Assembly (NCBI GenBank): GCA_002633005.1
Contig: NMRA01000007.1
Coordinates: 944,362-1,008,361 of the forward strand
Source of the DNA: Phoronis australis
Taxonomy: Eukaryota; Animalia; Phoronida
Direction: 5' to 3'
Length of the DNA stretch: 64,000 bases
Part shown: piece by piece, positions 1-13,306 of the stretch
Layout of the letters: each line of letters opens with the position of its first letter
Numbering within the stretch: the first letter of the stretch is position 1
Position numbers and translations under genes: made by a program
The notes under the pieces: model-generated
Seen by the model: the letters and a program-made list of their open reading frames with translations, nothing else
What the model was told of the DNA's origin: nothing
The model's database searches: none

Positions 1-3000
1 ATTCATGAAACGCAATGGGAGGGGGCGTAAATGGAAGGTATTGACATGGTGTCACCACATTTGTCCTTGCCATTGTAAAAACTTAATTCTCATGAAATTG
101 AAAAACATTCAATTTAAGCCAAAATATGATAAACATTCCATTTTCAACTTTTGAGTAATTTTCACTTACAAAAACATTATTTTTTATTCATTTACAATTG
201 CGGCACAAGAAAAATTATATGAATTGCTTTTCGATACCCGATGATTTGGCGCCAGTAACTATCATATAAATTCCATATACATTTCCCAAGGCAGCGATCC
301 TTTTTTATTAAAATATATTTATGGCTATTTGATTAGAAATCCGCTTCATTTGCCAAAAAGCCCGAGGAATTTCAATTTGTTCATCTTCATCATACCAGTT
401 GCAACTCCAATAACTAAAAATCTTGCCTCGACTATTCTGCCTTTACACGCTATTTGCTAAAGTTTAATAAATTCGCCAAACAAGGCTAGCTTGAAGCCTT
501 TTTGCCAGACATCATGAAGCAGACTGACACACAGTCATGTTAAAAGTGTCTCAATTTATTCCAGTGGGTTGTTTGTAAAGACAACAATTCAGCGCAAGAG
601 ACCCGCATTTTGAGAACCATTTTTTTCCACTGAATATTAGGCCTCAAACTGGTTCTCAAATCCTGGGACCCATGTAAGTGATTACTGCAAAACAAGCAAC
701 CCATTTGTAAATTAATTTAGCCCAGGTTTTGTTCTTCCAACCAAGAAATACAGACATTTCTTAAAACCACTGGATGTACCATTAGTTTAAAAAAAATATA
801 TGCTCCACACAGGCATTTCATATCATCAATTATCTCCCCTTTTATGACAATTAATCCAACAGCTTCATTTCCTAAATACAAAATAAATTGATTTCTGTGC
901 GTTCACAAGAATTCACCTGAGACAAATTTATTATCAATGACAGATGAGTAAGAACTAGAAAACCTGTCGAATTATGAGTCATCGTGCCTACAAAGCGGAC
1001 AAAACAGGGCCTGGCGATACCAGGTATCTCAACTAAATAATAATGCTCAAGTTGCAAAAAGATAAGAGTTGATAGCCATACAGGTGTTAAGAATAAATTA
1101 ATTGGGCGAGACACTTCCACGATCTATACAGTTCTCAAATGTAAAAGGTGTACTGAGCAATGTTTAGTTAATATGACTATAGCCTTGGGACACCCAATTT
1201 AAGACCATCTACAGGGTCAAATGTTCCGATTTAATTTTAAAATCTTCACAAAAAATGCTCATAAGGTATTATTTATGTTCTATAAGCTTCATCTTTATTT
1301 TATGTATGATACTGAAGTTGGCCATTTTTGATTTGATGTTGTAGCCTCAAAATAAATCACTGGTATGTAGCTTTCCCACCGGTAAAACTGATTGAAAATG
1401 GAATCTCCGTCACAACTCGCTGTAACTTTCCTACTATCTCCTCTCTTATAGCAACGTCGGAATTCTGGGGATTAAACACCAGATGGCGTAGTTGATTCAC
1501 ACTCTCGATCGAATATGTGTGCTGCATGCCGCTACCTCTAGCGATTACACCCATCGCAGTGGAATTAATCTTTCCCATTCCAGGGGGGTTGTGCAACTCT
1601 GTACTTTAATTTGCCTATTTTATGAAACGTTACGATGCCTCTCTTAGTCCAGGGATTACGCTATCCAACTGACGCAACTCCTGATAACAGGAGAGCTGCA
1701 GCACTGATGGGAAAGTGACATTAAGCAGTTTAACAGCAAGGGACACAATATAATACAACAGTGACCTTGACAGCAGACTGACTTTATAATTTGTCAAAGC
1801 ATACAATAAAAGAATAACTTGTCACTATTAAAGCTGTTTTTATAGTGGTTTAGATGTACAAGTGCCTCTTCTAATTGTGTTTTAAGGAAGACCATGAGCA
1901 CAGGTTGAGTTATAAAACCAAACTGTAGATTTAATAACTTTGAACAATTGCAGAGCAATCTCAAACACAAGTTGGACATTTATAATCCTGCAAGTCTCAG
2001 GGCTGTCTGCAGCAAGAATGTTCTACAAGGCCAGCAGAGGGAGTGAGTTAAGTTCATAAATAGTGAACAGTGGTACCATCTATTGTACAGAAATCAAACA
2101 TACTCCATGCACACATACTTTCACCAAACAAGGAAGATGAATGTTTTGACGACTAATAGAATTAGAATCACTTATCAAATGATTTTGACTTTTTCAGTTT
2201 TATTCTTTCCACTTGTCTTCTGTTTTACTAAAAAGTTCAAGAATCTAAATCACCAAGACAAATTTTGTCAGACACACAAAAAATTCTTCAGAATTTAATA
2301 TTCATTAGTGACTTAAATAAAAGAAAAAGTTAAAAACACTTAATAATCTATTAAAGACAAAACAATGGCATTGACAAGTCGAATGCAGTTAATGCAGTCG
2401 CCAAAGAATGAAGAAAGCAAGGCCACAACAAATAACATGTGAAACTCCAATGGCGTGAAAAGAAGGCCACAAAACTGCAGCACTGTGGGTAAATACTGCG
2501 AGATCCAAGTGTAGCTGTGTAATCTGGAACGATCCTATTGAGCTGTCGTATTTTGGTGACAGCATGATTAAATCGTAATTTTATGGAAAACCTAGCTTGA
2601 TTAAATTGTAATTTATGGAAAACCTTAACAATAGAATTATACTTGTAATACTACGTTACAACAGGTATCTACTGACTCATATTACATGTCAGGATAATAT
2701 TAGTAAATACCGTAATAACATTTCAGAGAGGTTGGACTCTTGCACCAGCATTACCATATTTTCCTTGAAGTCTAACAATGACATTCAAAATCGACAGTTT
2801 TCCAATTTTTAAAAGCTGTCTGAATCATAATTCTCCACAATTTCATTGTGCATGTGTTGATGACGCCTTTACAATATAAACTTTTCATTTAATGAAGTAA
2901 TGGTTTCTTTTTGCTTATTTTTGTTGGTTACTGAGACACCAAAAGCTGACTTTCCTCTGACCTCTGACCGCCCTCTGATTGGTTGGTGTGGTTTTAATAA

Positions 3001-6000
3001 ATGGGGAGACAGAGACATCATAACCCCATGCACAGAAGAGGAAATGACATAACCAATCATAAGGTGGCATAATTTGACCAGGGTGCAAACTAACTAGATC
3101 AGACTGAAGTTAATACACAGTGAAACACAAGGGCCAACAGCAGACACCCAATCTCAGCACCCCTGATTAGACTGGAACTTTGCAAATTACCGTTTTAATT
3201 TGGTCAGGAAGAGATGATTCACTATCCCACTAGCAAATGGAGTGTGATCAAATGACAGCCAAGACCAAACTTCACAGTTTTGGTTTGCAAGGTATGGGAA
3301 AATCTTGCGGAGGGTACTCCAATAGAAGGAGGTATATGGGACCTGCTGCTCGGAACGGCGGCTCTTTTTCGACTAATTTTCTTGCGAAATGGTGTCCACT
3401 CTTATAAAATTCTCCATAAAAGGATGCCTTTGCCAACAAAAGTGCTCACTTTGGGAGGTTCCTTTTTCCAACTACACAAACATACGCAAGGGTTTTCATT
3501 ATTATCCACATTTCAAAAACTTCGGTTGAAATTAGACGTTCTCATTGTTCATAACATGTCGTCTCTATCCGAGATGTTTCAAGCTTAACAATGGGCAGAT
3601 AAATATATTAGTTTTCAAGAAAAGACAAGGTTTATACAATTAACCCCCCTTCCCCCTGCAAAATTGTTGTTTCTATTACAAAACCCTACAAAAAGATGAT
3701 TTTTTTTCTTGGAAATTCCCTACAAATCATGAAGACCCTTTTGCGGAGTCCGACAGCTCAATAGGAAGGTTTCCAGCTCCACTTCACAGTCAAAACAGTT
3801 GAGCACCTCTAGGGAAACTTTACAGAGTCAGAGTTTATCTAGCTTGACAGGCACAATGCCTACTGCTTGAGCTTAGGACTGAAAACTTCAAATGACCCAG
3901 GATGTAACAAGTTGTCAAAACAGGGGTTAGACACACAATGTATTGATGCCAGTACCCATTAGCATTGAAAAACGAGAGAATTGACATAATGACGGAGTGG
4001 TGATTATGCACTGTATTACGAAAATTACATCCTATGATTAGACACCGCCATCTATGTAATTATCGCATTAAAAATTGCTGTCCAGAAAATCGGAGTAAAG
4101 CACACAGCAACTACATGTTTGCTCACAGCATAGTGGCAACATGCAAACAAGAACTCCTAAAGACTTAAAGCCCAGGTGTTCTCAGCTTAGAATACAGAAC
4201 GTTTGGGGTAAAATCTGCCATGAACTTATAACAAGATGGCATTTACTAGCATAAAGTTCACCTCAAATGATATTTTATGATTTTGAGAAAATTTACCGAC
4301 TGTTATGACCTAAAAAGATTTGAAATTTGTAACTGAAAACTATTTCTGGGTATATCAAGTGCAGAAAAACCTTACCAACTTCGGTGAAAAAACTAATAGC
4401 CATTTTTCAACGACTCCCAACATCGTTATGAATACCCTGTGTCTCATAGTTATGGTACGCAAGTTAAGACTAATAAAACCTATATTCTGTGCTATTTATC
4501 TTCTGTGAAAAAAAGTGAAAAATTCATTATTGAAATTGAAATTTTACCATACTAAAGCTTCTACCATTTCTAAAACTGAGAAACAGCACCTCCAGAGTCA
4601 AGATTTAACAGGCAAACAACTTTGGTAACAGGCGACAAAATAAAGACTTAAAAGATAGAGACAGTGAAGCATGGCAATCAATTATTGCTAGTCATCCACT
4701 TCTAGTTTTGGTAATGCGCGACTATTCGATTTGTCAAAAAATGGCATCCAGTTAGCCCCAACACTTGGTGTCACATCCAACAATAGCAAGAAGAGCAGGC
4801 ACCCATGCACACTGCCTCTCACTGACATATCCCAGTATTGACTTGTGCGGCGATGGTGTGTGCGCGTAATCATAATAGAATGAAAGGTGGCGACATCTAC
4901 AGACTGATGAGTTACGCGACGATGAGTTAATTAAGGAAGTGTATGCATTCACGATTGAAATGGTCACCACCAACATTTCAATATCAAGCCACCATTTGGA
5001 GTAAATACAAAAAGATAATCGAGCCGGCTATTTCAATTTTTAGTAAAGGCAATGACATTACGAGAAGGTGCTGTTATGAAAAGCCCCTTCTTATTCTTAG
5101 TGTAGCATGAATGGAACCAGAGCACATGGTGAGCATGATCCGTATACCACCTGACATCGCAACAGTTAACTCACGTGCACAGCACCCCCATTATGGGACA
5201 ACAGAATTGTACAAAGAGCGGACACCACTTACAACAATCATACAAATCAACTCTTTTTAGAAACATGCACAGTTTACAAAAGCCACATGAAAACGTGCCC
5301 CTCAGTACATGCCTACCTGAGAATGAAGTTGTCATTTTCGTCTTCCTCATCATCCAGATCGAAGGGGTCAACCAACCGGTCAATCCACTGGTCCTCAATG
5401 TCCAACAACTGGGTCGATTCACACCCAAACATGACTCAAGCTCACAAGGGAAAAACCACCTCGACACAACAACCAGACCTCCGTGTTTGAAGACAAGCCG
5501 ATAACCCTGGTCTGGTCATCAGTAGAATGGACGTGTGGTCCAATAACTATCTCAACAGTTAATTGCAGCAATTATCCATCGGTGCATCCGGAGATTCATA
5601 AACCATCAGTTGGTATCCTCCACTGAGTCTGACCGCTATCAACACCAGCCACATGGATCAACAGGCAAACATGCAGCACTCACTGGTCTCAATGTAAGAA
5701 TATCCCAGACTTTAGTTATAAGACATTTGATCTCATTCATTTCACAGTTGTTCACATGTAAATAGTGTACACAACTGTGCCAATAATCTGCTTAGTGAGC
5801 CCCAACAACCAATAGATTACACTCCAGCAATATTGACAAACCCCATCGGTTGTCTCCAAGCCTTCTAGGACAGTTCCTCCTCAGTTGGTCCACTTCTTTC
5901 TCTGTGTCACTTCTGATGCGAAATGATAGCAAAACCACATTGGCTGACCTCTGACCTTCAAGCAAAACAACCTACTTGCTGCACTGGGGTGACAGGTCAA

Positions 6001-8495
6001 GTGCATGTACATTAGATTCCTACCATAAAACTTTGATGGATAATATCACAAATCTTTTTGAGAAGTGAACTGGCTACATGAAGCATTAAAATTGACCTTT
6101 TGGGATTAACCAATTTAATGCATAGTTGTCTATCTTCCAGTATGACCCCTGTAACAGACACTAACTGATGAAGCACAATTTTTAAAAAGTTTCCCGCTAA
6201 ACTCGCTGTAACTGATTAATTCCAATTTAAAAAGAACAAAATCTAACACTGCCAGCGCTATTTCTTTAATTAACCACTAATTAACCACTAATGAACCACT
6301 GCTCACAAAACGTACGTGAAATCGGACAGTCTTCAACGTCAACAGATAGGAGACAGTTACTGACATTAAACAAAACATTCAGACCTTTTGATAAAAATTA
6401 CATTTAATATCAATAAGCATTCCATAACATTTCACAAGCATATTTGACACAATCCTCAGGCTGACCCATCAGCAACCAGTGAAAAATTCGTCTAGACAGA
6501 TACCCAAACAATAACCCAGCTCAACTGAGTCACCATGCCAAACACCTGCTGTTTGTTATAAACGCACAACCCCAATTGTGCAGTGAATAAATTTGAAAAT
6601 CTTAAATTTCAACGGTGCTCTATCAAGGTTTGTCTTACTTGAAAGCTATTTGACTACAAAATAATGAAGCCGTAGAACTGCGTCATCCTGACGTCAAAAT
6701 GGATATGCACAGCTTCCAGTTTCGTAACTTGACGAAGCAAATGGAGCTTCACTATTTTCATACATACTAGCACGCTGAACTATCGCTATGCTAAAAAGCA
6801 TACTGAAGATACTTCAGAACACGATCAACTCTTAACACCTTTCTTAAATAATTCAACATTCCTCAGTAGGGAAAACACAAATGGCACACTACAAAACAAG
6901 TTCCAAAACGAGGAGCTGCACACCTGATTCCTACAATAGTCATCGCCTATTTAGACTGTGGCAAATGCCAATGCCTCGCGCTTCTCTTAATCACAAAAAA
7001 TTTCAATAAATGCACTGCATACATTTAAGTATTCGACTATCTGCAGAGCTGATCAAATGAAAGGACCCAGCAACCAAGGATCTGTTACAGACAGGGTGTT
7101 ATCAACTCTTTACTAAGTTTGAGCCGAAAATAGCCTGTTTCTAGCTCAGAGGATTTTTTCAGGAAAAAATGGGGCACAGGCATACTTCTACAGTGTCAAA
7201 AAGTGTACCCATTTCAATACCTTACAAAAGAAATTACCCATAAATAATCCCCTCAGTAAAATCAATCAGACATGACTCTTATTTGATGACTCATAACAAA
7301 ATCAAATTTTACAAAAATATTACCCACATGAATTGGATGAAAAATAGATCCATATTGATACTAAAATCGGCAAAAACTGAAACCGAAGTTGGCAAAAAAC
7401 CTTCCCATTTCAGCAGTACGCATGCTCCTATTCCAACGACAGGAGAACTTCCAGGATTTCTAGCATCACTGAGTGATAAGAATCATGTGGATAAATATAT
7501 CCGAGGATGCAAGCTGTTGCTGCTGACCACCTAATAAACTTTGGTCCAAACTGTGAAAAAGGGCACAGAATTGTCAAATTTCTCATTTTCCCATTTTTTT
7601 TTAAAGCAGCTGATCACAACAAACCAAATAAAACTAATGCCATCTACAGGGTTCAAGAAAAATAAAGTATTTACTAATTTTCAAAACTCTTCAAAAACAA
7701 AACGCTTTCAATTAAAAATTCCAATTTACATATGATCTTCAACAGTCCATTTTTAATCACAGACTGAAAAATCTTATTTCATGCAACACAAGTGTATATT
7801 ATCACATGACTGTTTTTTTTTCAAAAAATAATTATTCAACATGAATTTCTAAAAAAACTTTAAACCACAGACAACCTCTTGTTTGACCTAGATAAATTCT
7901 TATAAATTCTTATATTCAACATACAAGCAACTGTGTCTTAGAAGCTCGATTTACTCTCAAGTAACAAAGATATCAGCCATTAAAGTTCCCTTTTAGAATA
8001 ATATTCCAAGTCTTTCACGACTGATACCTTCGTTGTTCGAAGAAAAATAAAACACTAGAGACACGATTCCATGGATACAGGCCTGATGGCCAGAAAACTG
8101 CCGACGATTTACTACCACCTGACAAAAATCAATAGAAGTCGTTCTAAACAACTCGTGCAACACAAAATTGATGCATTTAAAGACAGGCTGATGGCAGCAC
8201 TAAAACAAACTAAGATTTATTTTAATGCAATGGAAATTGCATAAATAATTTTCAATCTCGTAAATTAGCACTTTTAAGTGTACAATAAAATACAATATGT
8301 ACTCTGTTGCTTCTGCAGTAACTGGATTAGCTCAAGTAGACTTGATTTTCTCAACTTTGAAAATAGCGCTTATCGCCACGTGACCTACAATATTCAACAC
8401 AAAAATGAACTTTGTAAAAATAACACCTACATATCCCTATTTGAAGCTTTTCGGTACACAACCAGCACAAGATTTACTGTGTCATACTACATATA

Positions 8496-9370
8496 CCATA
8501 AACATTCGGGTTAACAGCCATGCTCATGTAAATGGCCGTCTTGCAATTTAGGCGGATTTTCAATTTAAGCACCCAGTGCTCGGACAAGCGCCCTTCCACC
8601 ACTTTTGAAGATTACGGGAGAAGCACAAATCCCCAACTTTTGAAGATTTTCGATTAAGTGCACTGTGCTTGAATAAAGCCCAAATCCTCGTATGCAGTGC
8701 CAACAAAGCAAATGCTGGGGCCAACTAACATTTTGTGGCTGACCTTTTTTCTATATATGACATTATGTTCGGTATCAAATGCTATAGTATTTCAAGGCTT
8801 TTTATTTCATGCAAAAATAGTTAATGAAGATGTAACCAACATTAGACACGATATTTTTTTCTTGTAAAACTTGCACCGCATCATTTTCCCGTATCGATAT
8901 GTCATTCAGTCTGGGCAAACAATGACTTGCGGAAGTTTTTGACACGAAGTTTTCAATCGTTCGAGGTGCAGAAATTGAACAGCGCAAACAAATGGAAGTA
9001 GTTTACACTAGCACCTCAACATCCTTGATGACATTCATAAGGCACGCCAGTCCTAGAATTTAGGCAGGTACTTTTTCATCATCTATTTTCTTTCAAATTG
9101 CGTATGTAGCTCGAACACACCTGCGCCGATTTACTTTCGAGTAAACAACTAGCATTGCAGTTACTGTAAATCCATTGAACATCGGGTCTGTGGACTCCCA
9201 ATGTCAAAGGTCATGAGTGTCCAGGGCAACTCTCTGTCTCATCGATCACATGCTCACCCCCAATTTCTTAAAATTTCAGGTATAAGCACCCATGTCTAGC
9301 TAAGTGCCCAAATCTGAGTTTTTCAGTTTTTCCATGGAACCACCCAGGGCGTTAATCAGAATGTTTACGG
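8496..9370. mobile_element. Non-autonomous Tc1/mariner-pogo-type DNA transposon (MITE), ~875 bp
   Basis: TIRs CCATAAACATTCGGGTTAA ... TTAATCAGAATGTTTACGG flanked by TA on both sides; subterminal taagcaccc-like repeats near both ends. Confidence 0.75.
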
Positions 9371-12174
9371 TAGCATTGCTTCAGCTGCAGATACCCAACT
9401 AAGAAGCACTACACATCAAATCCTCTTCCAAAAAAATTCCGGAAACTTCCGATCAACTGTGTCTACACTACAGGCTGTACTAGATCATAACAACAGTCCT
9501 CTGCAAATGAAGCTCCCCCATTCGTTACACATCAGTGAACACACAGGTGAACACACCTTCACATATCCTAAAGCAGTTACATAACCCCTACTATCTGTCT
9601 GGTCCAGTAAAAATCAATATAAATCTCGTATAAGAAGTTCATGGCCAAATGTTAATTGGTCTACGAACAACTATGACGTCTAGCTCACTATATCTTAATT
9701 CTTTACAGGCCAATTACAGGAGTTAAACAAGTGCATCAGTTTTAAAAGTCCCAAACTGATGATCGTCATCGTGATGAAAATATTTCAATATTTACCTTAG
9801 GATAAAACAACAGGATCACTACCTAACAAGATTATCTGTTGCTATAACAGTGGCATGCTTACCCTGTAATTAAAGTCACAGTACTTGATAATGAAAATCT
9901 CTCTCAAGTTCTTTGCAATTAAAAAAGCTCCTCTGGGACTACAGATGACGCAAATTCTTCAGATAAGATGTTATAATGAACGATTCAATCAAAACGATAA
10001 TTCATGCCCTTTAGAAATCCAAAAGTACACAAACTCTTAACATTTGATCTTTCCCTTTACAAACCATAACCAGACATTTTGTCCATTTCCTAAATGTCAT
10101 TTACCAACGCCGGTAGACTCCAGCAATACCGACAGTACCTTCCCACTCAGCTCACCACCGCAATGTGTCGAGCTCAGCACACCTCCTTCTACAGAAAACC
10201 CACTAAGTCCTTTTTTGTAATTACTGCCATCGGCTAAATCCTACATTAATGAACACACAGGTTAATGAAAAGGACAATGTGTAGGTAAGACGACATTTTC
10301 ACTGCAAGCATTCTGACCAACTCTAATGGAAATATTCACAGGAAAAATACAACGTATGATTATTGCTAACATTAGATTGGCTGAAAGTTCATGGTGACAG
10401 AAGCAGCAACTCAGATTAATCCAAACTGCATGCTCACAGTACAGTTCAAAATGCTTTTCCCTTTTCCTTTCAAAACATCTACTTTCTCAATCAAAAACAG
10501 GGTTCTCAACGCTATGAAAATGAAGCTCAAGATTTGTGAACGCGACTCGAGACTTTCCAATCATGGCTATGTGTCATGAATAAAAGATGAATATACTACA
10601 TTAAGCCATTTCGTGAACTCCATTCTTGCAGTTGTTTCTAATATATGTAGATGGGAATTAAACTGGATATTTTGAGCTGATGACTAGAAATGTAAAAAAG
10701 TGACCTTATAACTGATTTGAAACCGACAGTGTCATACGGAAAGGGAATTATGTGGAAAGGTGGCTAGTTCAATATGTTACAATTCCTTTAATAAGGTTTT
10801 AAACAAAAACGAATTGAAAAAGATTTCTTAAACTGTAACGTTATACTTGAAGCCAAAAAGATAATACGCTTGAATTGTTGTTGCAGCATTTATAACTTAA
10901 AAACACTGATTAGCAGAGCTGAAATGAGTTTTAACATTTTAAAATTTTCAACCAGCGCAATCCTTTTAGTGCTCAGCAACAGGTTTTCAACAGAAAATAA
11001 ACCCACCTTGAAATAACACAACACTCAAAGTTAAGCTACCCACGATGCAACGCATATGACAAGAACTTGTCACGCTTCTTCACCTGTGCTTATCGAAATC
11101 TAGTATCCTGATTACTGTGTGCCATAATTCATCATTGTAATAAATGCAAAACTTGTATTACAGTATTGCATTTCTAGTTATAATGCCGACATTAAGAAAC
11201 TGGCAAAAACAGCAAATGTCAGTGTTACATGTACAAGACATTGTTCTTCCCTTGTTGACCAACACGGGGTGCATGACATTTTGGAAAGTGTGTCTATAAT
11301 GCAATGCATTTTTTACCTCCGTGAAAGAGGAGAGTTCAATCCAGGACAGGTTTACAACATCACCTTCCCAACCTATCACACAGTCCCTTAACAGCCTCAT
11401 CCCAGGAACTGCAATTCATGGTGCAATGCTCACTCTGTCAGAATATACAGAACAAAACCCTGGTCTCTTAAGTAAAAGACCACATAACAAACCACTGCCA
11501 CATGACATTGTCCCCTCAAGTAGTTGCATGTCATCAAGCTAGGGTAGTCATTCAGATTCCTGACATTTAGCAATCATGCCTATGTTTGACTTGATTGGGT
11601 GTCAACATTGAATATCTCACAGGGAGTCAGGAACATCAATCTTGCTTAGCTGGGAACAGATAAGGTGGCTGAAAATAGCCACAACTTCAAACCTGATTAA
11701 TAATGTCTTTAAAAGTTTCCTAATCCTTGTTTTACACCATTATGAATGGATTAGAATTGAAACTACGAAACACTTTTCAGCAAAGTTTTGATTTCTTCCA
11801 AAAACCCGTAAAGGCTCTTGGCATTTAGTAGCCAATGTTTCCTACTATTCTGAGGACACTGAATAAAATTTTCAGTGATTATTGTTGGGGAATGCAAGGA
11901 CTCGATGTTTTGAGAAACACGACTCATTTTGAGGCACTAAAATGAAAAATTAGATTTAGTTAAATGAATTGTCAGTCTTATTTGCCAAATTCGGGCCAAC
12001 CAACTTTAAACCAGATTTCAAAAACTCCCAATTTTCATTTACAAAAAAATAAAGCAGGTGTGATACATGTTGTATCAGACGTGCGCAGGCCACTCGGCCA
12101 GGTACATTGCACCAAACACCTGAAGCCATTTTCATTTATTAATATTCACAAATGACACATATTGACAAAATAGG

Positions 12175-12285
12175 ACCGAGACATGACTCAAGGGTTTAGT
12201 AGCAGTGGGGTCCAGTAGAATTCAAACCTACAACCTTGGGAACAGTGAGGCAGACATTCAACCCCCTAGGCCAACCACACTACCT
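12175..12285 (-). mobile_element. tRNA-derived SINE remnant
   Basis: Minus strand shows A-box-like tggcctagggggtt and B-box-like ggtttgaattct followed by ccttgagtcatg; a related copy is at ~59740-59810. Confidence 0.6.
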
Positions 12286-13147
12286 CCTCTTTTCATTTAA
12301 AATTTTGTATCGGACTTATTGTGAAAAGTCTGGTGGAACACCTATCAATAAGTCATACACAAAAATTGTGTAAGAAATTACACATAAAAATTGTATACAA
12401 AAATTGCACACAAAAACGGAAGTGTTTGGACAAAGCTTATGACACTGCGTTTTCGCTTGATACACAACAGGACCCTCAATCCCTCGATATTCCGCCCCCA
12501 ATGCCCCTCTGAACAATACTAAAAATTACACGAAATTACCTTCATGAGGCCCAAAAATTGCATTCGTTTTGAAATTCGCAGAAATGGTTCCATTACAGAA
12601 CACTTTACATTGTATTCATTCGGGTTTAAAAAAGTCAAATCAAAGGATGCATTTCACCTGAAAAGCAGTCTAAAGCATGAAAATTGAATTAGGCCCTTTG
12701 CTCTCGTAAAATCAGAATCATATTCCTTGTACTGTGATAGGATTTCTTTCCATAACCAGCAACCATGGAAACCATCAGCAACTCAAGAAAACGCTTCGCT
12801 TCGTCATGCAAACCTGTTCCCAATAGACAATCTGTGCGCTGCTGTTTATAATGAAGCCTTTCACACCAAAGTTGTGTTTTGGGGAGTATGACACTACAAA
12901 TGGTTAACTTCTGTCCTAGATCGAAGTTAACAGCACAAGTTAACTTCACAATAAACACGTGAATTTCATACTACAATAAGCCTGACACTTCAATTCAGTA
13001 TGAACAGTTTACTTTGTCATCATTAAAGTTATTGGCAGATGTCACAGTCAATGATGACACTTTCAAGGATTTTTTTAGCATTTTTTGTACAATATTCACC
13101 AATCTCCCACTATAAGCTTTCCGTTTCACTTATTAACCAACCATATA

Positions 13148-13306
13148 CGGGGGCGGATCCAGGATTTTGAGTTGGTGGGCAGGGCAGAGTATTAGCCACG
13201 ATTTTGCCCCTCAGACATTCACATCCCCAAATTGCAAAATGGATTCTGGGAGAACTTTAGGAGGGCAACCTTGCCCAACCGCCTCTCCCCCCTGAATCCG
13301 CCACTA
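13148..13306. mobile_element. Short MITE with GGCGGATCC-type TIRs (same family as 27010-27166)
   Basis: TIRs cgggggcggatccagg ... cctgaatccgccacta; interior aligns by eye with 27010-27166; flanks atata/ataaa. Confidence 0.75.

Noticed and set aside
1357-1596. 79-aa minus ORF with plausible composition as a PPP4R4 exon
   Set aside because: No similarity to PPP4R4 as I recall it and no convincing splice sites.
2565-2625. ~33-bp tandem duplication (similar small ones at ~6268-6300 and ~16051-16110)
   Set aside because: Ordinary local slippage duplications with no further structure.
4688-4828. Short minus ORF resembling a signal peptide (MSVRGSVHGCLLFLLLLDVTPSVGA...)
   Set aside because: Hydrophobic core is short and broken by Asp, with no dibasic processing sites or other support.
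12175-12285. tRNA gene (also ~29272-29325 and ~59770-59810)
   Set aside because: Only degenerate A/B boxes, no complete cloverleaf; SINE heads.
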